DNA of 64,000 nucleotides, from NCBI RefSeq assembly GCF_021028975.2, contig NC_059426.1, positions 155,434,001 through 155,498,000 of the forward strand, given 5' to 3'. The translations under genes and the position numbers were made by a program. Position 1 is the first letter of the stretch. Every line of letters begins with the position of its first letter. The DNA is from Sphaerodactylus townsendi. Its lineage: Eukaryota. Below, one piece after another: positions 23,953-36,560 of the stretch. The notes under the pieces are model-generated. The model had not been told where the DNA came from and did not search any database. It saw only the letters and a program-made list of their open reading frames with translations.

Positions 23953-26900
23953 TGTGTGTGCCTTGCCAGTTTCTGTATCAGTCAAACACTGCCCCAATTT
24001 CCTCCACTCCCCATTTGCTTCCGTGCCCCTCTACCACGGCATCGACTATTTTGAACCGTTGTAGCGCAACCCTATGCGGAGTTATTCCATTCTAAGGGTA
24101 ACTCCGACGTAATTCTCCCCACGACTGTGCTGCCAGCGTCCGAACCATTCCGTGCGAAGTTTTATCGGGGGCTGAATCCATTGCAAACGGGTGGACAGAT
24201 GCCGAAGCAGCTGGCCTGGCACCCACCCCTTCCCCTTCGCAATGTCAGGTAGCAGAACCAGATTCTTGTCCACTGCCTGCGGTGGCTCCAACGCAAGCCG
24301 GTCGCGGCCACTGCAACACGAAACCCCTTTACCTACTGCGCGCTTTGCCGCCCGCCGGTTCGCCGGTTCGCCATCCCGCACCCCCACCCCCCATTAGATT
24401 GAACAGATCTTTGCATACATAGCCTATAAAGCGGGAGTCCGAGATCCCCTTCCAAATAAGAATAGCAACATGGAACAAAGTGGGTCCTTTGACATTGCTG
24501 CAAGGCTGAAGGGATCGGTGGCAGAGACTGTCGGCCAGCAAAAGGTAAGAACAGCAAACTGCAAGGTAAAGAGGAGGAATCTGCAAGGCTTCCTAGAAGC
24601 TCGGTAGGCAACGGTTTCGCCACGACTTCGGGTCGGTCCCCGCGACTGCTTGAGCCTGCTCAATTTCACCGACGGGGCCCGGAGGTTGGCCTCCCCTAGA
24701 GCAGATCCCCAGATCAGAATTCCGCGAAGGTTAAGTTTATAGGATGGGAAAGGGATCATTCTTGGGAAAGGCAGAATTATTCGGACACCCGACCATTCCT
24801 CCCAGGTAAGGGGAACTTGATCCAGATGTCCTTCCAGGGGTACTTGAGCCAGACTAAAACCTGGTCTATCCTTACTGACTGGAGATGGTCCAGAGATCCA
24901 CTAATCAATGGATCTCTGGACCCGCTCTCTTCAAAGGCGCTGTCCGATTTTAGGTAACTTGGGGGGAGTCCTTCCGGTTGTAATTCTTGCAAGGTCACTC
25001 ATCGATCCTGAACTGTTTTAAACTTTAAATGCACTTAATTGAGAGTGGACCTCGTGAAACTCAAGCAGAGTTACATAGGCTCGGACTCTATAATAAAACC
25101 TGTCTGGTTCCTTGGCGACGGTTTCTTCCAAGTAAACAGGCGAGGAACGGGGCGGCAAACTGGACTCCGGCGCAGTGCAATCCTAAACAGAGCCACCGTT
25201 TATAAAACCGTTGGTTTAAATGGCTTTAAAACAGGGCTACTCTGCTTTAGGACTGCCCTGACAGTTCACTTTTTCCCCCCAAGTGCGCCCCGTTTACTGC
25301 AATCCCATGCAGTTTAGTTCCGTCCACACTCACTGATTTCAACAGATTAAGAGAAAATAAATTAGTTTGGGAGTGCAGCATCAGATTCCATAGACACTCG
25401 CGCGACATTATTGTTTTCGAATAAATTATTATTTTTTATTATTATTATTTTATTAGACTTATAGGCCGCCTTATCCCCGGAGGGCTCAATTGCGACCACT
25501 TTAGCTGAGTCGACAGATCGAACGATCTGCAATCGGTCCTCCTCACCCCCTTCCTGGGAAATAGAACCCGAATTACGATTTTAGATCTCGAATGCCCAAA
25601 TCGTGATCAATGCACATTCGTTATGATTGTTGTCGAAGTTTTGAAGTTCCTTGCCCAGAGCCACCGGGTTAACTTTTCGCGCTCATCTTGCGCGCCCTAA
25701 GGCAGGTACGGCGGACAACGCACCTCCTGCCCTGGAAGCCTGCGAAGTTTTTTTAGTGGATGCACGCTCGGCGCTCTTACTCCGGATCATGGTCGAATTT
25801 TTTTTCGTCCACCCTTCCCCCCCCTCCCCCGAATTGGGTGACCTTCTGCGAGCCAGTCTTCCTTCTGGTCCGCCTCCACCCTCCCGCGCCGAACTTCTCC
25901 ATTAAACAAACCACCCCTTGTGTCCCTCATTGGAAGAGGTCGGCATTGGCATAACAAATGAAAGCGAGGCAAATGGCGCGCCGCCGGCTTGTTGCTAAGG
26001 GCTCGTTTGTTGCCAGAGGCCAGGCACAGCGTGGGCCGGGAGCCGCCCGGCCAGAGGGAGATGAGGCCGGCCTGCACGGAGCGCTTAGACCAGGCCTCGA
26101 GTAAACACGAGGCTGATTTTCGACATCGCGACCCGGACACGGTTTCCCGCGAAGCACATCGCACGGGGCAGAAGCCCGTGGAAATGGGCTCGGTGTAGAG
26201 AGAAAGACGGAATAAAAACCTCATTTGGGCGATATTCTAAAGAGGAGGCCAGCTGATTGCAAAGAGAGACCGAAACGCCCCAAGCGGGCACTTTTATGTC
26301 AAGGGGAAATGGCTGCCTCAAAAACAATAATAACAAGATGTTGTCGTCTCCTTCCCAAATGTGCCTCCTCACTTCACCTTAATCCAATTCCACCCTCCAC
26401 CTTTCTGCCCAGAGAGGTCTGCAAATGTAAGGGGCATGGCCGAGGCCCTTTTGGTTCCAGAGAAAAGACTACCCCAAAAACAAAAAAATACAAGATTTTG
26501 TTGTCTCCTTTTGTTTGGCTCCTCACTTCACCCAATTCCTCCTTTGGTCTTTCTGCCCAGAGGTCTGCAATGCACTATAGGAGGGATCCCAAATAGTAGG
26601 TCCAAGCTGAGGCTCGACTGGGAAGGCCTCTCATCTTTCAATTGCTTGCCCGGCTGGGAAAAGCAGGCAGATGGCTCTTCCCTGGCCCCAGAAAAGGGAT
26701 GGTGCTGCTTTAGGCCTACCTACCGGGTTTAGCTGGTGTCAAAGTTTTGGCCGCGTCAAAGTGTGCATTTTTCCTACTTCCCAAACATGGAAAATAAGTG
26801 TTGTTCATCTTTAAGGTGCCCTGCATTTGGGGTTTATTTTGCTACCCCAAACTAATATGGTTTCCCTTCGGCACTTATGTGAAAGCAGCTGCATTTGTCT

Positions 26901-27177
26901 GGTAGTGTGGGAATCTATTAACCTCATCAGCTCCCCACACACTCACATATGCTCCTCCTGTCTTCCCCATAAGAAAGATTCCCAGTTCAGGTATCTGAAA
27001 AAGGAAGCTGTGACTCATAAGAGAATACATCTTGTTCCTTTTTAAAGGGTCACTGGACTTTTGTTTTAAATTGAATCAACAAGAAGCAATGTCACAAAAA
27101 TCAGGGAAAATATTTAAATTACTACTACGACTACTGCTACTAGTAATAATAACAATAACAGTAACAACAACAACAAC

Positions 27178-28962
27178 ATTAAGCAAGGAATTTTCCCAGG
27201 TGATTCACTATCACCCTTACTGTTTATCATTGCCATGATCCCACTAACAGTAATTTTAAAGAAAACAAAGTTGGGATATCAAATGGGCAAAGTCTTGGGA
27301 AAAATCTCACATTTGCTGTACATGGATGATTTGAAGCTGCGTGGGAAATGAGACACAGAAATCCAGTCACTAGTAAACGTAGTCTGAATATTCAGCACAG
27401 ACATTTCAGTGGAATTTGACCTGGAAAAGTTTACCACTGTGGCAATAAAGAGGGGCAAGATCATCAAGAGTGATAGCATAGAAATGCCTGATGGCCAACT
27501 CATCAATTGCAACCAGGAGGCAGCTTATAAATACCTGGGCATTTACAGCTGGATAACATCAAGCACGGGTAAGTGAAGACTGTGGTCAGCAGCGAATATA
27601 CCCAGAGAGTCAGGAAAATTTGAAATATAAATTAAACGACGGGAATATCATCCAGGCCATCAACACTTGGGCCATACCTGTCATCAGGTACACTGCGGGA
27701 ATCATCAACTGGACACAGGCTGAGCTGGATGCATTGGATAGAAAAACTCGGATGCTTATGACAATGCACCATTCCTTACACCCACGCAGTGATACTGATA
27801 GATTATACCTTCCATGGACATCTGATGGCAGAGGCTTACTGCAACTACAGCAAACAGTGGAGGAGGAGAAACGTGCGCTGGCCGATTATGTGAATAAAAG
27901 TCAAGAACAGGCATTGATTAAGGCGAAGAACAGACATTTGCTGAAGACCCAGGAAACCACACAAGGGCCCCTTCCGCACACGCAAAATAATGCGTTTTCA
28001 AACCACTTTCACAACTGTTTGCAAGTGGATTTTGCCGTTCCGCACAGCTTCAAAGAGCACTGAAAGCAGTTTGAAAGTGCATTATTCTGCATGTGCGGAA
28101 TGAACCAACAATTCAGAAAAAATGTAATTAAAATGAGAACCAAAAGCTGGCACTACAAAGCTCTACTTGGCCAATTTCTGGAGAAGATCAAGGACAAGGT
28201 GGACAATGAAAAGACCTGGCTGTGGTTAACAACTGGAAGTCTGAAAAAGGAAACTGAATCCCTGGTTTTAGCCACTCAAGAGCAAGCCATTAGAACAAAT
28301 TCGATCAAGGCCAGAATTGAAAAATCCTCGGATGATGCAAAATGCAGATTGTGCAAAGAAAAGCTGATGAAACTGCAGATCATGTCCTCATCTGCTGCAA
28401 AAAGATTGCCCCAACTGAGTACAGAGGCACAACTCAGTGGCCAAGATGATCCACTAGAATTTATGCAAGAATTACAATATAAGATCAGATAAAAACTGGT
28501 GGGAACATTGTCCAGAGAAAGTAATGGAAAATGAGAAGGTCAAGATCCTGTGGGACTTTTGAATCCAAACGGAACATAATACACAAGACATCACAGTGAT
28601 CGAGGACAAGAAAGTGACCATCATTGACGTAGCAGTGCCCGGTGACAGCAGGGTCATTGAAAAAGAACATGAGATGATCACTAGATACCACAATTTGAAA
28701 ATCGAGCTTCAACATCTATGCACAAACCAGCCGAGGTCATCCCAGTGGTAATCGGCATGCTGGGCACCATCCCGAAAACACTAGGGCAACACTTGAAACA
28801 TCTTCAAATCGACAAAATTAACATCTGTCAGATTCAGAAGGCGGTCGTCAATACATTACAACTTCCAAGGACTCTGGGTGAGGCTCGAATTGTAATGAAG
28901 GCCAACAACCAGCTAAAGAGCTGGCAGCTGTGAAATCAACTAACAACAACAACAACAACAAT
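27178..28962 (+). mobile_element. 5'-truncated R4/Dong-clade LINE (RT, zinc motif, restriction-like endonuclease)
   Basis: GIFPGDSLSPLLF, HLLYMDDLKL, AINTWAIPVIRY, LHPRSDTDRLYL, CRLC, KILWDF, IIDVAVPGD; bounded by (TAA/CAA)n on both sides. Confidence 0.85.
27966..28106. mobile_element. Harbinger-like MITE A interrupting the R4/Dong LINE ORF
   Basis: 141 bp; LINE protein similarity stops at LLKTQETTQ and resumes at QQFRKNVIK. Confidence 0.88.
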
Positions 28963-29831
28963 ACATGCTTTATGTAGTAATCCCTTCCTAAAGAGGAGTG
29001 GGGTTCACCGTGCTTCCACTTTTATTTTGGTGTCACTTCAGAAGAACTTTCTGGAAATATTTTGACTGGACTCTTGGAGCTTAGCTGAGTTCAAGAATGT
29101 AGGGGTGGGGTTTGATTTAAATCTGTTTAAGAACCCATGCTGCAGCACTGATTTTAAACAGGCTTAAATTCAAACACTTTTGCTTGAATGGGGTTTAGGG
29201 CAAGTCAATGGAGTGTATAAAATCGCGGCTGCGCCACTGCGTCTTTCTCAGTCAAATTTGCTGTTAATGCAATGAGGCTGTGATCCTGTGCATATTTACT
29301 TGAGAGCTCTACTGCAGTACTTCAAGAAAAGGTTCCAAAAACAGCAGCAGCAACTGATAAAGACAGACTTGGAAGAAAGGCTAATCGCTTGTTTTATTTT
29401 TAAGAACAGGTAAGGGGGACAAAATGTGATTTTAAATTTTATTTATTAATTAATCTTATATAGGAGGATGTGAATGATATTATGCAAGACTAAAAAGATG
29501 GCATCAAAGTATTTTTCCCTCTCCCGTAATACAAGCATCAGGCCGCCTTCTGAAAAGCCCCCCCCCCCAAAAAAAGCCCTTCAAAAATTGTCTTATGAAT
29601 TTTACAGCTTTCACTGCCACAAGACCACCACTAGCATGTAGAGGAGATTATCCAAATTCATGGAAGGCAGGTCTGTGAGTAGTGATTCCTCATAGATAAG
29701 AGAGTCTCCATCTACAGAGGCAGTATCTTTTCAATTGCCATTTATGGGGGACAAATAACAGGTGAGGTCTGTTACCTTCATGGCTTGCTTGCCAACATCT
29801 ACCTGGTTGCAGAATGCTGGGCTAGATCGAT

Positions 29832-30107
29832 CAGGGGTGTCAAACATGAGACCTTAGGGGTGGATCTGGCCCCTTGAGTGGGCTTATCAGGCCTATGAAC
29901 CAGCTGAAGTAGTGAAGGGAGCAGGGGAGTGAGGTTGCCTCATCTGGTTTGAGGGTTTGATAAGCCCTCTCAAGGGGCTTGTCCAGGCACACCACTCTTT
30001 CCCATTCTGGGGGGAGCCAAGGCAGCCACTTCCCTCCAGAGCCCAATCCGGCCAAGTCACATTTATGTCATATCCGGCCCTCGTAACATATTACCTCAAC
30101 ATTCCTG
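29832..30107. mobile_element. hAT (Charlie-like) non-autonomous element
   Basis: CAGGGGTGTCAAAC start, TCCGGCCC subterminal motifs, degenerate ...ATTCCTG end. Confidence 0.6.
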
Positions 30108-33100
30108 AGGTAGATTTTTTTTTCTGATCCAGCAAAGCTCAAATCACCTTGGAAATGATTGCTTCTGCCTTGAAATGAAAAGTTTGCCTCTTTGCCCCTC
30201 AAAATGGTAAAGACAGAGTTAGAGCTATCCCTTCAAAGGTATTTTGTGCATGTTCAGAGGCGGTCTTGTTTATTATTGCTCCACTTATTCTGGGGCTCGT
30301 TGAAGAACTAAAATCAGTTTCTGGATGAACTTCTATACTGGGACTGATAACATGACCAGAAACACAAATATTGATGCTGAGTGTTTGTGTTACAGTTAGA
30401 ATAGCTGTCAGAGCCTTTCAGGGATAGGGCGGTATATCAAATTCAATAAATAAATAAATAAAATCTTAAACGCAGTCATGTGACAGCAAGTTCCACTGGA
30501 ATCCATTCAATTCATTCATGACAGCTTGGCTCATCTGAACAGGGTTTTCTGCCCGTGCCACTGCAACTACAAATAGGCAACATCAGTAACAGCCCATAGA
30601 CATGACTTCTCTGTTGTGGTTCCCACCTTATGGCATGGCTTGTTGGAGAAGTTCAGAAAAGCTCCCATTCTTCTGGCTTTCTGCAAACTGTCCAAAGCAG
30701 AATTATTCAAAAGGGCTTTTCTACACAGGTGATGGCACTGTACAAAAAGATTAACAAATTTACTGGAATAAACTATTAGGGATAGCAGTCTATAATACTT
30801 TCTATAGCTTGCTGTAAGTAGGATCCTACTATGTAACTTTGCATCATTTAATGGGTTGTATCAATACTTGCACTTTGCTTCAATTCTGTTTTTATATTTC
30901 TGCTTGTTTCTGCAGCATATTGCAATTGTTATTGAAGGTCACATCTTGTTGATTGTATTGATTCAGGCTGTGTAATCCATCTTAAGTCCCAGAGAGAAAG
31001 GCAAACTATAAATAACGTAAAGAAATGTAATAAAATAATTGCTTCCAAATAATGGTACTTTGGGTTACTGTGTAGCCAAAGCTGATAATTAAAAAAAACC
31101 CTCTTCAGTTTAAATAGTAGATTGCAATCCTAAACAGAGATCCTTCTCAATCCATTGAAGCTTAGAGACTCTATTAAGTTTATACATGGTCAGTTCATTT
31201 TTTAGATTGCTTCACAGAGATTGCCAGTATTGTTTTTGTATCCTCAGTTTGTTCTATTTAGTCTCTCCTCCCATTACTTAAAATGCTAAGCCAGGGTGAT
31301 ATGGTGACATTTCCATGGGGAATGTGGGCCTGTGTGTGTCTCCCATCTCCTCATCTAGTGAGTCAAGAAAAGCGCATGTGAAAACTGCAGAAATGATTTC
31401 AGATTTTTGAACCCAGACATTCCTGCTGTGGTTCTGATTCTCTCTTGTGCAAATCAAACCCACATTTCTTTATTTGCACACCACTCACTGAATTTTTCCC
31501 CAATGAAGTTTATGAATTTTTCTTAAGAAAGTTTTATTTATTTTGCACATATAGACAACATATGCAGAAAGAGAAAAAAGTGCAACTCTGGTCTCCCCTC
31601 CCCTACGGTAATAATAGTAAAAGAAAAAAAAACACACATATCCCTACACACATATATATAGTGACTTCCAGCTATCTCATTATGGATCAGAATGCAAATC
31701 TAGTTCCGTGCTTATGGTTAATATCTACATTTTTTTCACTTTTAGTTCTTCTTATGAAACTACTTTAGTGCAATACGCTGTTTTCAATTAAATCTCGAAT
31801 CCTGACATTATTTCCCTATTCATGTATGTGAAGTGTACTAATTTTTCACCATTTTCTGCTCATTCACAAATCAGTGGGCATTGTATGTATTAATACTGCT
31901 GCACCAAATGCATATAAAAACCATACAGTGTGTATATACAATACCAACTGAGCTAGAAAGCTAATAGCAAAAATGTGGAGAACTAAAACCATTGCTTTAT
32001 AAAAAAATAGACATTAATGTGAACAGAAACAAAATAGGGGATGTTTGCTCATAGTTAGAAAACACACAGTGACAATGAATGGTTGCTAGAGGAAGGGGAG
32101 TCAAAGAAAGTGCTGCTTTGCTCTATGCGGTTTCTTCTACACAGACACGGTGCCCATAGTGGATTGAATCAAGCCCCTCTAGTACAACAGTATGGTATCA
32201 TTTGTTCCTAGAATAAACTTCTCTTGAACTGATTAAGAAAGTTAAGTCCTGTTTGAAAATACACACACAGCAAAAAAAAAAATCCAAAAAAACCTGCAAA
32301 GTCGCTGTTCCCTTATGTTTCCCTCAAACAATATCGGCTTCTAAAGTTTTCATTCACATAAACCTTATTAATGAAGATCTTTGCCTGAAATGTCAGGGGG
32401 GATTTTGCAAATTTCAAGTAAATGATGAAGCTTGCATGTCTTGCCAAGTCATGGGTCAAATGCATTTGTGAAAAAAAAAACTGCTAAAAGAGGCATATGG
32501 TTTGGAATTTTTCTACAATGACTAGTGTTTAAATAAATTGCTTGTACTGCTTAACTTCATGTATAATTTTGACAGAAATTGGCCTATAGCCTTTTGATAT
32601 GTAAACATTTCAGGCCTTTTATGCGGTAGAAAAAGACACTCGCTCCTTCGGATCAGCTCAAGCAGTCACCCAGTAATTCAGAAAACTGGCACCTACCATT
32701 AGAGCTCTTGCTGCATTTCGGCTTTCAAGTGGCAACATTAAAAGCCCGGGAGGGGGACGAGGGTGGATTTCAAAAGCAATGTCATTTGGAATTTTTTTGA
32801 AAGGAAAAAAAATGGCAAATGAGGTGAGAACGTGCATTTATTCTCTGACTGAAATGGATGAATCACAGCTTCTGTCATTTTCTCTCTTTCTTTTTTTAAG
32901 AAAAGGAAAATTAGAGGGGAGAAACACTTAACATAAGATTCTGACTCGCTTGCTATTGAATGAACGTCTTCTAACAAATCAATCACTGATAAAGCATTGA
33001 AAGGTGCTGGGGAGAAAGGGAAAGTTATCACTTTTGGACAGATAGCCATTAAAATGCTTCCGTCGGTGACTTGTCTGGATTCAAATTAAAACAGACTAAA

Positions 33101-35399
33101 TGCCTAGCAGGTTGCAGCGCTGCTTGAAAATAGGGAGCAAGGTAGCAGAGAATCATTTCATTATATTTATATTTTGTTCCATCCCAAAGGCTCTGAACAA
33201 GTCACAAAAATATTTAAACTTTTCAATTAAAATTCTCATGACTTTCCTAAATATTCTATTGATCAGCTATTGTCCCAGTAAGTCTGAGAGTGGTTTGCAG
33301 TTTTATGCATGTTAGAGGTGACTGTCCAGTGACTGAGATGTGATCACCCTTCCCATAGCTTTCTACTCGATGGAGCTGAACTGGCAGAGGAAGGGAAATG
33401 GAATCAAGCTCCCAGAAACTGGAACCAAGCTATCTTCCCTTGATGGTATTCTTGCTGTGAGTGCGGAAATGCAGTCTTGAATCTGTTCTTCCTCCTTCAG
33501 TAGGGAACCAGGGCCATATTGTCCTTCTTTCTTTCTCTGTGACACCCTGCTAACTGATTCCATCAAAAGTACTTCTTTTGTGAGTACTTAAGTACTGATC
33601 TTAAGTACATCTAAAGATCTAATTTATTATGATTTTTAAACCAATTAATGTGTGGTGGCTAAGATCTCCTAGAATTGAAGCTGATCTCCAGGTGACATAA
33701 ATTTCCCACAGAGAAAATAGCTGCTTTGGAGGATGGGGTCTATAACATTATACTCTGCTGAAGTCCCTCACTTCCCCAAACATCACCTTCCCCAAGCTGC
33801 ACCCAAAATCTCCAGGCATTTTACAACCCAGAATCGGAAATCCTATTTGCGGACTGTTTTCTAACCCCCAAATAATATTTATTGTATTAGCCATTTTTGA
33901 TTCCTACAGAATTTACTTCAAGGAGGGAGGGAATGAAGGACATTGAACATACTACTTCAGTCTTAATTTCACAGAACTCTCAATGACTTCTGAAACCTTT
34001 GTCCCTGTGTAAAGACTAAGTAAAGTTAGAGTAAGGGCCCAAAAGTATCCATTTCTTTCAAAAGGTAATGACAACAGTAAATGCAGGAACCCTTCTTTTG
34101 AGGTAATAGGTGTAACATCATAATACAACACTTGTTCTATTTATTTATTTGTTGGTTCAAATATTACTCTGAAGTGTAACTCAGAAACCCATAATTAATA
34201 GGTGGAAAGGTGGCTTAAAATGGTTTGGATCAATCAATAAACAATTTAAAGTATCAGTTCCCTTGTTCTGTGTTTCTTGAAATTACCAGGCGAGTCTATG
34301 CCAAGCATCCTTAAACGAAACTGGTTTCAAATGTGTATAAATCCTGCGAGCTACTGAATAAATCCCCTTATTGCTAATATATTTGCCTGACATAAATAAA
34401 TCTCGTAAAGTTGATTGGATGGATAAGCTTCACCCCTGTGCTAGACAGAACAAAACCTGGAGAGTTGCCTGGTGCCAGACAGCTCAATATGTTTATTTCC
34501 TGTGTGCCTTAGTTGGGGCTAAACCGAAGCTGGAAAGGGGATTGGAATGAACGATATAATTTCAATCTGTTACTGTAGTAAAATGCATATTTATTGTATA
34601 TGTCAGTTTGTCATGCACAGATTTCTTAAGACACACTGCCCCTTTTGTTAGCTCTTGAGGTAAACTCTTCCCTCACACACACACACAACTCACAATTAGA
34701 ACAATGACACTTTTCGTCATATATAATTTAGATGCTGTAGCAATATAGAATTGATTAATAACAGTAACACATTTTCAAGTGGTGACAACAATTTTTTCAG
34801 GACAGAATCCCACAAAGTTATCTATAAAGGTGAATAGCCAGAGGCAAAAGAAGTATATGTGAGTTTTATGTCTGTTTGAAGCAAGTAAAGAAAAAAATTA
34901 AAAATATATAGTTCTTGCTTCTCATGATTTTGAAAGCCAGCACAGAAGTAACTGCAGGGAATCATTCTTTACATGTTCCTTTGTTCCTAGGGTACAGCAA
35001 TAACTATTTTGCTTGTCTATCATTCCCTGATGTCACAACAATTCCCACCTTATCCTGTACATTGATTTCTCCCTCTTTCCACTTCTGTTTTTAACAACAT
35101 TCAGACAGAGCAATCCTCTTTATATGTGCAAGACAAGATTTTCTTGCGGTTGTGGGTTTTTTGGGGCCATGGTCTGGTAGTTTTAGCTCCTGCTATTAGA
35201 CACTAGAAACTAAAATGACTATACTGAGGATGTCATACTTTGGTCACAAAATGAGAAGACGAGTCACTGGAAAAGACAGAAATACTTGGAAAGATTGAAG
35301 ACAGCAACAAAAGAAGGAGACCCAACATGAGATAGTTTGACTCTTTATTAATAATTATTATAATATAATAATAATAATTAATTATAATAAAACAAAACC

Positions 35400-35573
35400 A
35401 CTAGGGCGGCACTTGAAACATCTTCAAATCAACAAAATCAACATCTGTCAGATTCAAAAGGCAGCCCTGCTGGGATCCGCACAAATACTACATTGCAACA
35501 TCCTAGGCCTCTGGGTGAGGCTCGAGTTGTAATGAAAGGTCAACAACAACCAGCTAAAGAGCTGCCAGCTGTG
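35400..35573 (+). mobile_element. R4/Dong LINE 3' fragment
   Basis: Close match to 28781-28931; preceded by TAA-rich sequence. Confidence 0.85.
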
Positions 35574-35574
35574 G

Positions 35575-36036
35575 TTTAGCTAGATCATCCCATGCTAAGT
35601 AGCATATTGGGCAACGTGCCCTCCAGCATCTCCAGTCTTGGGTGAGCTTCAGCATCTTCCCATGCAATATTCAGTGCTTTCATGTTTTGCTCGAATGTTC
35701 TCCTCCAGGTGTTTTGGGGGAATCCTTGCTGTTGTTTGGCATCAAGAGGTATCCACCTCATTGTTGTCTTTGGGATCCAACCATTATCCATGCAAAGGAC
35801 ATGGCCCATCAAAGTCTTCTGTGTGCAGTGGTGGTATGGAGTTTTCACATGCCGCTCTTTTGCCGCTTCGTTAATGATGTGGTCATAATATTGGATCTTC
35901 AGGATTCTGCGTAGGTACTTCTGTTGGAAGACGCCGAGCCTGTTGTTGATACTTGTTGATGCCTTCCAGGTCTTGCTAGCATAAATGGCTGGTGGGATCA
36001 CAATGGAGGTGAATAGGCGGAGCTTGTTCTGTAGTG
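35575..36036 (-). mobile_element. RTE-clade LINE 3' fragment
   Basis: IVIPPAIYASKTW...FQQKYLRRILKI...MGHVLCMDNGWIPKTTMRW, typical of the RTE ORF2 C-terminus. Confidence 0.8.
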
Positions 36037-36084
36037 CAACAACAACAACGACAACAACAAAAGCAACAACAATAATAAAAGGTT

Positions 36085-36560
36085 GCCCTTCCCCTTACGG
36101 GCTCAGGGCAGTTTGCAAGATGCAAGTTTAAAATATCCAAAGTAGATGTGTAATCTTGGCATAAATTATAACTTAACTAGAGCAGAGGAAGGAATGGAAC
36201 AAGGGAACAGACAAGGTAAAAGGAAGGGGAAAGGTCAACTCTGTTGGAAAATTACCATTGTTATCTTCAACCATATACCTGGTGTATCATCTCTGTCTTA
36301 CAGGCCCGGCAGAACTGCAGCAAGTCCCACAGAGTCCTGGTCTCACTTCACAGAGTGTTTTACCAGGCAGTGGCCAGAGCTGAAAACTCTCTGGCCCTGG
36401 TTGAGGACAGCCAGACACTTTTTGGGCCAAAGACCACCAATAAGTTGTTATTCATAGAGCGTAACATTTTTTGGGGGGTGCATTGGGAGAGGCAGTCCTG
36501 CAGATATGATGGCCCCTGACCACTTAGGGCTTTAAAGGTTAAAATCAAAACCTTGAACTT
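36085..36560 (-). mobile_element. L2 LINE 3' fragment
   Basis: ILTFKALSGQGPSYLQDCLS...TRAREFSALA. Confidence 0.75.
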
